From an uncultured Actinomycetes bacterium (lineage in GTDB: Bacteria > Actinomycetota > Actinomycetes > S36-B12 > CAIYMF01): DNA of 32,000 bases. A model generated the notes under the pieces. That model had not been told where the DNA came from. It made no database searches and saw only the letters and a list, made by a program, of their open reading frames with translations. This document shows, piece after piece, positions 8,435-16,602 of the stretch (position 1 is its first letter; each line of letters opens with the position of its first letter). The translations under genes and the position numbers were made by a program. The DNA is taken from NCBI GenBank assembly GCA_963843975.1, contig CAWJMG010000003.1, positions 2,340,001-2,372,000 on the forward strand, in the 5' to 3' direction.

Positions 8435-9724
8435 ATGGCGCTGCGCGTGACCGCTGCGGCAGGTGAGCACGACCTGCTGTTCCTGCCGTGGGACATCCCG
8501 CTCGAGGAGTGGCCGGAGTCGACTCTCGTCGCGCTCCCCCGGGGCATCTCGCGCCACATCGTGCGCTTCGTCCGCCTGTCCGGATCCGTGTACGCCGTGA
8601 AGGAGACCGTCGAGCCGATCGCGCGCCACGAGTACGACCAGCTCTTCGAGCTCGGCCGCCGCGACGTCCCGTGCGTCGACCCCGTCGGCATCGTGGCCGG
8701 GCGCACGTCGCCCGACGGCGAGGAGCTGCCCGCCGCGATCATCACGCGGCACCTGGAGTTCTCGCTCCCCTACCGTGCGCTCTTCTCCTCCACGCTGCGG
8801 CCCGACACGATGCACCGGCTCATCGACGCGCTCGCCGTCCTCATCGTGCGCCTCCATCTCGTCGGCTTCCTCTGGCGCGACTGCTCGCTGTCGAACACGC
8901 TCTTCCGCCGCGACGCCGGCGCCTTCGCGGCGTACCTCGTGGACGCCGAGACCGGCGAGATGCACGACAAGCTCTCCAACGGCCAGCGCGAGTACGACCT
9001 GCAGACCGCCGAGGTGAACGTGGCCGGCGAGCTGCTCGACGTCGAGGCCTCGGGCCGCCTGCACCCGAGCATCGACCCGATCGCGACGTCCGCCATCGTC
9101 CGTGAGCGCTACGAGACGCTGTGGCGCGAGGTCACCGGCCCCGTGTCCATCAGCCTCGGTGACCGGCACGCCCTCGACGCGCGGGTGCGGCGTCTCAACG
9201 ACCTCGGCTTCGACATCGCCGAGCTCTCGGTCGTGTCCGAGGACGCAGGCGACTGCGTCCGCGTCACGCCCAAGGTCGTGGACGTCGGCCACCACTCGCG
9301 CCGGCTCCTGCGCCTCACCGGGCTCGACGTCGAGGAGAACCAGGCCCGCCGCCTGCTCAACGACCTCGACACCTTCCGCGTCGAGGAGACCGTGACGGAC
9401 GACGGCGAGGAGGTGCTCGCCCACCGCTGGGTCGCCGAGCGGTTCGAGCCGATCACCGGGCTCGTCCCCACCGATCTGCGCGGCAAGCTCGAGCCCGCCG
9501 AGGTCTACCACGAGGTGCTCGAGCACCGGTGGTTCATGGGCGAGCGACTCCGCAAGGACGTCACGATCTGGGAAGCCGCCGAGGACTACGTGGCGAACGT
9601 CCTCGTCGACAAGCCCGACGAGCGCGCCGTCCTCGGGCAGCGTCTCGGGACTCCCAGCGTCACCCCCGGGCTGCGCTTCGAGGAGACCGCCGAGATGGAT
9701 CTCAGCGAGCTCGACCTGCCCTGA
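8435..9724 (+). CDS. DUF4032-type protein with N-terminal Kdo/RIO-like kinase fold (function unknown)
   Basis: ORF 8375..9724. Start set at ATG 8435 behind GAAGGAG. Kinase-like signatures: VYAVKE (beta3 Lys), FLWRDCSLSNTLF (compare HGDLSxxN catalytic loop), AYLVDAETGE (metal-binding Asp). The C-terminal HRWFMGERLRKDV region matches what I remember as DUF4032. Confidence 0.7.
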   Translation: MALRVTAAAGEHDLLFLPWDIPLEEWPESTLVALPRGISRHIVRFVRLSGSVYAVKETVEPIARHEYDQLFELGRRDVPCVDPVGIVAGRTSPDGEELPAAIITRHLEFSLPYRALFSSTLRPDTMHRLIDALAVLIVRLHLVGFLWRDCSLSNTLFRRDAGAFAAYLVDAETGEMHDKLSNGQREYDLQTAEVNVAGELLDVEASGRLHPSIDPIATSAIVRERYETLWREVTGPVSISLGDRHALDARVRRLNDLGFDIAELSVVSEDAGDCVRVTPKVVDVGHHSRRLLRLTGLDVEENQARRLLNDLDTFRVEETVTDDGEEVLAHRWVAERFEPITGLVPTDLRGKLEPAEVYHEVLEHRWFMGERLRKDVTIWEAAEDYVANVLVDKPDERAVLGQRLGTPSVTPGLRFEETAEMDLSELDLP

Positions 9725-9725
9725 G

Positions 9726-9743
9726 GCCGCACTCCGTTGCGGC
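9726..9743 (+). terminator. Short stem-loop GCCGCA-CTCCGT-TGCGGC after the DUF4032 gene
   Basis: 6-bp stem immediately after the stop, followed by GTAACGGTTTCG. Weak. Confidence 0.35.
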
Positions 9744-9869
9744 GTAACGGTTTCGCGTCACGCGCGCCTTCGCGATTCCGCTGCGGTGATCGGGCCACCG
9801 GCGTACGGCGCGGCAGCCGCTTCCCCTAGCCTTCGACCTGCACCGAACGCGCCCGACCGGAGGTATGCC

Positions 9870-11108
9870 GTGGACCTGCACTCCGCGACAGCACTGCTCG
9901 CGACCAGCGAGGCCCTGGGGACGAGCCTCCAGGACCTGCTGCTCATCGCTCTGGTCGCCGCCTCGGTGCCGTTGATCGTCGGGCTGCTCCGCCTGCGCAT
10001 CGCCGAGGTCGTCCTGCTGCTGGGCTCCGGCATCCTCCTCGGGCCGCACGTGCTGGGGTGGATCGAGATCACCGAGAGCATCCAGCTCATGAACGAGCTC
10101 GGTCTCGGGCTCCTCTTCTTCCTCGCCGGCTACGAGCTCGAGCAGAGCGCGATCCGCGGCAGGTCCGGCAAGCTCGCGGCGTCCGGATGGGTCACATCGC
10201 TCGCCCTCTCGCTCGCCGTCGTGTGGGGGCTGTGGCAGCTCGGGGTCGTCAAGGACCTGGTCGGCATCGCGATCGCACTCACGACCACCGCGATGGGCAC
10301 CCTGCTCCCCGTCGTGCGCGACCGCGGACAGCTGTCGACGCCGTTCGGCCAGTACTTCATGGGGGCCGGCGCGGCCGGCGAGTTCGGCCCGATCCTCGCG
10401 ATCGCGCTGCTGCTGGGCTCGAAGTCGATGGTGATCACGATCGTGGTCCTCGCCATCTTCGCCCTGCTCGCCTACCTGGTATGGCGCGCGCCCGGGCACC
10501 TGATGTCGGCACGCGTTCGCGAGCTCGTGGACCGAAGCCACCACACGAGCTCGCAGACCGCCGTCCGCTGGACCGTCGTCCTGCTGCTCTTCCTGCTGAC
10601 CATCGCCGCCGCCTTCGGCTTCGACGCCGTGCTGGGAGCGTTCGTCGCCGGCGTCATCCTGCGCCGCTACTCGCCGCCCGGTGCGACGAACCGCCTGCTG
10701 CCCAAGGTCGAGGCCATGGGCTTCGGCTTCTTCATCCCGTTGTTCTTCATCGTGAGCGGCGCCAACCTCGACATCCAGTCGATCGCCAAGAACCCCCTGC
10801 GGCTGCTGCTGTTCTTCGCCCTGCTGCTGCTCCTGCGCGGCATCCCGCAGTACGTGCTCTACCGCTTCGCTATCCCCGACGTCCGCGAGCGCTGGCAGTT
10901 CACGCTGTACGTCGCCACCGGTCTGCCCCTGCTCGTCGCCATCACGACGATCCAGGTGGGCGCGGGCGTCATGCTCCCGGAGAACGCCGCGGCGCTCGTC
11001 GGCGCAGGTGCGCTGTCGGTGCTGGTGTTCCCGCTGCTCGGCGACCGCATCAACCCGCGCCGCGCGACACCGCAGCACGACGAGGTCGAAGCCGCTCCCG
11101 CTCACTGA
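9870..11108 (+). CDS. Cation:proton antiporter (Na+/H+ exchanger family, CPA2/Kef-like)
   Basis: ORF 9786..11108. Start set at GTG 9870, 6 nt after GGAGG. About 12 hydrophobic helices. LLLGSGILLGPHVLGWIE...NELGLGLLFFLAGYELE is typical of the family. Confidence 0.8.
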   Translation: MDLHSATALLATSEALGTSLQDLLLIALVAASVPLIVGLLRLRIAEVVLLLGSGILLGPHVLGWIEITESIQLMNELGLGLLFFLAGYELEQSAIRGRSGKLAASGWVTSLALSLAVVWGLWQLGVVKDLVGIAIALTTTAMGTLLPVVRDRGQLSTPFGQYFMGAGAAGEFGPILAIALLLGSKSMVITIVVLAIFALLAYLVWRAPGHLMSARVRELVDRSHHTSSQTAVRWTVVLLLFLLTIAAAFGFDAVLGAFVAGVILRRYSPPGATNRLLPKVEAMGFGFFIPLFFIVSGANLDIQSIAKNPLRLLLFFALLLLLRGIPQYVLYRFAIPDVRERWQFTLYVATGLPLLVAITTIQVGAGVMLPENAAALVGAGALSVLVFPLLGDRINPRRATPQHDEVEAAPAH

Positions 11109-11133
11109 CGCGAGTGGCAGGACCCGTTGGGGC

Positions 11134-11358
11134 TCAGGGCTTCTGGCGGTCGGTCACATCGACCGGACGGGGGACGGGCGTCGAGGCGAGCACGTCGTCG
11201 ATCGCAGCAGAGAGCGACGCGTCGAGCCGCGTCTGCAGGTCGGAGGTCGGCCAGCCCTTGAAGAACGCGACGTCGAGACGGTGCACCAGGCAGTCCCACT
11301 CGTCGCAGCCCGGGGCGTACTCGCTGTATCCGCACGACGCGTGCTCCAGCCTGCCCAT
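11134..11358 (-). CDS. Small hypothetical protein (74 aa) with CX9CX5C cluster
   Basis: MGRLEHASCGYSEYAPGCDEWDCLVHRLDVAFFKGWPTSDL... Codon-by-codon reading shows strong GC3 bias (coding-like). No family recognised. Confidence 0.5.
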   Translation of the reverse strand: MGRLEHASCGYSEYAPGCDEWDCLVHRLDVAFFKGWPTSDLQTRLDASLSAAIDDVLASTPVPRPVDVTDRQKP

Positions 11359-11411
11359 GGGCCGAGTATGCGCTTCACCGCCGCGCGAGTCTCGTCAACA
11401 CCCGATGCTGA

Positions 11412-11462
11412 CACTGATCAATCCGTCGTTTCCCGGTGCGGGTGACGACGGATTGATCAGTG
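11412..11462 (-). terminator. Long hairpin CACTGATCAATCCGTCGT-N15-ACGACGGATTGATCAGTG, 14 nt downstream of the rlmB stop
   Basis: Perfect 18-bp arms at 50% GC. The loop holds an inner CCCG-GTG-CGGG hairpin. No U-tract. Lies 54 nt upstream of the small ORF start. Confidence 0.5.
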
Positions 11463-11475
11463 CGAGCGCATGGGG

Positions 11476-12476
11476 TCAGCGGGCTCGGCGCGCGTGGCTC
11501 ACGGCGTAGAGCGTGACGCCGGCCGCGACGCCGGCGTTCAGCGACTCGGTCGTGCTCGTCATCGGGATGCCGACGACGATGTCGCACGCCTCGGACACCA
11601 GTCGCGACAAGCCTTCTCCCTCGCTGCCGAGGACGATCACTATCGGCCCGGTCGAGATGTCGGGGTCGAGGTCGTCCAGCGAGGTCTCGCCCGCAGCCAG
11701 GCCGATGATGAAGCAGCCCACCTCGGCGTACGCCTTGAGCGCGCGCGTGAGGTTGGTGGCGCGGGCGACCGGCACCCGTGCGGCGGCGCCGGCCGAGGTC
11801 TTCCACGCGGAGGCCGTCATGCCGGCTGCCCGTCGCTCCGGGACGAGCACGCCGTGCGCACCGAAGGCGGCGGCGGAGCGCACGACCGCCCCGAGGTTGC
11901 GCGGATCGGTGATGCCGTCGAGCGCGACGATGAGCGGAGGCTCGCCTGCCGCGGCCGCGAGGTCGAGCAGGTCGGCGGCTTCGGCGTACTCGTACGGCGG
12001 CACCTCGAGCACGAGACCCTGGTGCACCGAGCCGTTGGTCATCTTGTCCAGGTGCGAGCGCTGCGCCTCGAGCATCGGCAGGTGCAGCTCGGCGGCGAGC
12101 TCGAAGGCCTCGCGCACGCGGTCGTCGCTCTCGAGGAACTGCTGCACGTAGAGGGCCTTGCCCGGCACGGCGGCGCGCAGGGCCTCGAGCACGGAGTTGC
12201 GGCCGAACACCATCTCGACGCCGTCCTTGCTGGCCCGGATGGACGTGCCGCCGCGGGCGCCCGAGCGAGGCGCCGGCGCCTTCTTGGCCTCGACCTCGGC
12301 CTTCTTCTCGACCGACCGCGCCTTGCGCGCCGCGGGGTGCTTCGTGCGCTCGGTGGCCTTGGGCGTCGGGCCCTTGGGCTCGAGGCCGCGACGGCGCTGG
12401 CCGCCGGAGCCGACGACCTGCCCCTTCTTGGTGCCGTCCTTGCGCATGGCGCCCTTGCGCTGGCTGTTGCCGGCCA

Positions 12477-12477
<1 letters not shown>
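11476..12477 (-). CDS. rlmB: 23S rRNA (guanosine-2'-O)-methyltransferase, SpoU/TrmH family
   Basis: The real start is ATG 12477 ([15 protein letters not shown]..., a basic N-terminal tail), overlapping the cysS stop (ATGA). Motifs [56 protein letters not shown]. The 614-aa track ORF is an artefactual upstream extension. Confidence 0.9.
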
Positions 12478-13898
<1,421 letters not shown>

Positions 13899-13954
13899 GG
13901 GCGCAAGCCTAACGGCGCCAGCAGGTCACCCCCGACCGCGCAGACGCCTCATCC

Positions 13955-13981
13955 CGTCGTTTCCGACGCCGGGAGACGACG
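13955..13981 (-). terminator. Hairpin CGTCGTTTCC-N7-GGAGACGACG between the PPOX stop and the cysS start
   Basis: 10-bp arms with one mismatch or wobble. Shares the string ATCC(C)GTCGTTTCC...GACGACG with the hairpin at 11412-11462. Confidence 0.45.
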
Positions 13982-14010
13982 CGCCGACCCGCCGGAGCGG
14001 AGCTGAGCGG

Positions 14011-14406
14011 TCAGTAGTGGACGACCTTGTCGGGCGAGATCCGCACGACGACGCGGACGTTGTCGGTGCCGTCGTCGCCGGGGTAGCGGTCGGTGCCGCG
14101 GTACTTGTGCGAGTGCGCCTCGATGAGCTCGCGGCCACCCTCGCGCGTCATGTCGGCAGTACCCCGGATCTCGACGTAGGTGTACGCCGACTCCTTCGGG
14201 TACAGCAGCACGGTGCACCGCGGGTCGGCGAGCAGGTTGCGGTGCTTGCGGCGCCCCTCGACGGTGGAGACGAGGATGTCGTCGCCGTCGCGGCTGACCC
14301 AGACCACCGACAGGTGGGGTCGCCCGTCGGGCTCGATCGTGGCGATGGTCGCGAACTCGGCGGAGTCGAACCACGCCTTCTCAACGTCCGTGAGTGAAGT
14401 CGGCAT
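14011..14406 (-). CDS. PPOX-class (pyridoxamine 5'-phosphate oxidase-like) probable F420-dependent enzyme
   Basis: ORF 14011..14442. Start set at ATG 14406 (MPTSLTDVEKAWFDSAEFATIATIEPDGRPHLSVVWVSRDGDDILVSTVEGRRKHRNLLADPR). Typical split-barrel PPOX family sequence. Confidence 0.8.
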   Translation of the reverse strand: MPTSLTDVEKAWFDSAEFATIATIEPDGRPHLSVVWVSRDGDDILVSTVEGRRKHRNLLADPRCTVLLYPKESAYTYVEIRGTADMTREGGRELIEAHSHKYRGTDRYPGDDGTDNVRVVVRISPDKVVHY

Positions 14407-14589
14407 GCGTTCCATCCTGTGCGAGGGGGTGCTCTCTCGCACCCACTTACCCCGATAACCGGCGGGTACGCGCCCGCGAGCCGGTGATCGACGTCACGCT
14501 GCGTCCGGGATGGGGTCGAATCCGTGCATATCTGCCAGATCCGGTCACTCTCCGCGATCGTCCTCGGTGTCACCGGGCGACCGCGTCCG

Positions 14590-15568
14590 TCAGGGAACGG
14601 GGAGTCCAGCCGCCCTCAAACCACGGAACGCCACCACACGGTCTCGCCACCGGCCGCCGAGGATCACGGCGCCGACCAGCAGGGCGACGGGCGGCACGAG
14701 GACTCCGACCGCGATCAGAAGCAGCAGGACCACGTCGGTGACCCCCCATCCATGACCGAGGCGCGAACGGAGCGGTCGCGGCATGGCCACCAGCGAGGCG
14801 ACCAGCCACGCGGCGCCCAGGACGGCCACCGCCACGGCGGCGACCGGGCTGATCCAACTCGCGAGCTTGCAGAACGCCACCACGAGGGCAAGTCGACCCT
14901 CGAGTACCCGACGGGCCGAGATCCCCGCCTGCACCAGCATTCCCCGGGCCTCGACCCACGCGGGGTCGAGGGCCACGGCTCGACCAAGGAGCATCGTGCC
15001 GCGCCGGAGGGCGCCGAGATCGACGAGTATCAGGCCGAGGTTCCCCAGGGCAACGTGATAGTCCGGTTGCGCATGCATCGCGCGCGCCCACCACACGATC
15101 GAGATGCCGGTGTCCTTCTCGAGGATCCCCGCGGTGTTCAGCACCATGGGATCGAGCGGGCTGAGCGACAGGGCGACGTCCAGGTGGGCGCGAGCCGCGT
15201 CGGGCTGGCCCAGCTCGTTGAGCGAGAGCGCCATGAGGTTCTGGCCCTGGACGTTGGACGGGTCGAGCTCGAAGCGCACGGCTCACCCACCGGTGCGTGT
15301 CCAACGAGTCACCGTTGCGCGAGGCGACCAGCCCGCACACGACCAGCACCTCTGGGTCGTCGGGGGCCGCGGCCGCAGCCCGCGCCAGCAGTGACCGAGC
15401 TGTCGCGATCTCCCCGGACTGCCGTGCCGCCTCGGCCGAGAGCACGAGCACCTCGCCGTCCTCCGGCCATCGCGCGAGGAGCGGGCCCAGGATCCGTCTG
15501 GCCTCCTCGGTCTTGCCGAGGTTCAGGGCATGCTCGGCTCGGCGCCGCTCCTTGTAGTCGTCGCTCAT
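14590..15568 (-). pseudogene. TPR-repeat protein with C-terminal multi-TM anchor, paralog of 15565..16602, interrupted by a +1 frame change near 15270-15282
   Basis: The N-terminal 96 aa (MSDDYKERRRAEHALNLGKTEEARRILGPLLARWPEDGEVL...DTHRWVSRA) are in the frame of ORF 14570..16117. The remainder (FELDPSNVQGQNLMALSLNELGQP...TM helices) is in the frame of ORF 14590..15279. Both parts align colinearly with the intact upstream paralog. Length is 979 nt = 3n+1. ATG 15568 overlaps the upstream stop (ATGA). Confidence 0.7.
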
Positions 15569-16602
15569 GCGGGTGGGAGGCGGACGCCGAGGGCTCGGAG
15601 GCGGCGATCGGCGCGGATGCGGTTCCAGGCGAGGCGCCCCGTGACGGTCAGCGCGAAGACCGCGATCCACAGGATGGCCGTGGTCGGGCGGGTCACCGGC
15701 ACGACGAGCCCGCTCGTCACGGCCATCGCGAGCACGGTCATCGCACCGACGAGAAGGTCCTGCGCGCCCATGGACGCGCCGAGCCGTCGGCGGGCCGGTG
15801 CCGGCAGCCGGGCCACGCCGACAACGGTCCACGCGAGCGCGAGCAGGATCAGGACCCACGCGCCAGGCAGCCCTAGATAGGCCAGAGCTGCCGCGATCAC
15901 CGTGCCGAGGCCGAGGCGGCTCATCAGCACACGGCGGGTCAGCGCCCCCACGATGTCGAGGTTGTCGCGCAGCAGCTCCATCCGCGGGTCCAGCGCCATC
16001 GCACGACCGAGCAGCCGGGACGCCCTGTGCAGGTCGCCGCACCTCAGCCGCACGGCCGCGAGGTCGTTCAGGGCGTAGACGTGCTCCGGCGCGACCTCCA
16101 GCGCGCGCACGTAGCACGCTGCGGCGTCGCCGAGCTGGCCGGCCGCGTCGAAGGCGATGCCCTGCGCGACGAGGAGGTCCGGGTCGAGCGGGCTGTGGCG
16201 CAGCGCCTCGTCGGCGTACACCAGCGCCTCGGAGCCCCGGCCCCTCTCGGCCTGGACGAGCGACATCACGTTGAGCGCGTGCGGGGAGTCAGGTGCGATC
16301 GCGAGCGCGCGCATCGCCCAGAAGTGCGCCGCCTCGAGGTCGTGCGACTCCCGGGCCACGCTCGCGCAGCCGACGAGGATGTCGAGATCGTCGGGGGCCG
16401 CCGCCGACGCGCTGCGGGTCAGCAGCTGCGCGCGGGCGAAGGCCTTCTCGTCGCAGCACGCGCGGGCCAGCAGCAGCAGGGCCTCGGCATCCTCGGGCGA
16501 GCGCGCGAGCACCTGCTCGAGGATCGTCCGTGCCTCGGCCGGACGCCGCAGCTCGAGCGCCGCCTCGGCCCGCGCCTTGGCGACCGTCGGCTCTAGGATC
16601 AC
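15565..16602 (-). CDS. TPR-repeat protein with C-terminal multi-TM anchor (function unknown)
   Basis: 345 aa. About 6 TPR-like helix pairs (..ARSPEDAEALLLLARACCDEKAFARAQ.., ..ALAIAPDSPHALNVMSLVQAERGRGSEAL.., ..ALEVAPEHVYALNDLAAVRL..), then about 4 hydrophobic helices (GLGTVIAAALAYLGLPGAWVLILLALAWTVVGV, LLVGAMTVLAMAVTSGLVV, AILWIAVFALTVTG). GTG 16602 overlaps the AAA+ stop (GTGA). Confidence 0.75.
   Translation of the reverse strand: MILEPTVAKARAEAALELRRPAEARTILEQVLARSPEDAEALLLLARACCDEKAFARAQLLTRSASAAAPDDLDILVGCASVARESHDLEAAHFWAMRALAIAPDSPHALNVMSLVQAERGRGSEALVYADEALRHSPLDPDLLVAQGIAFDAAGQLGDAAACYVRALEVAPEHVYALNDLAAVRLRCGDLHRASRLLGRAMALDPRMELLRDNLDIVGALTRRVLMSRLGLGTVIAAALAYLGLPGAWVLILLALAWTVVGVARLPAPARRRLGASMGAQDLLVGAMTVLAMAVTSGLVVPVTRPTTAILWIAVFALTVTGRLAWNRIRADRRLRALGVRLPPA

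Noticed and set aside
14514-14526. GGGGTCGAATCCG, reminiscent of a tRNA T-loop (GGTTCGAATCC)
   Set aside because: The flanks cannot form a 5-bp T-stem or an acceptor stem, and no D or anticodon arm is upstream. It is not a tRNA or a convincing tRNA fragment.
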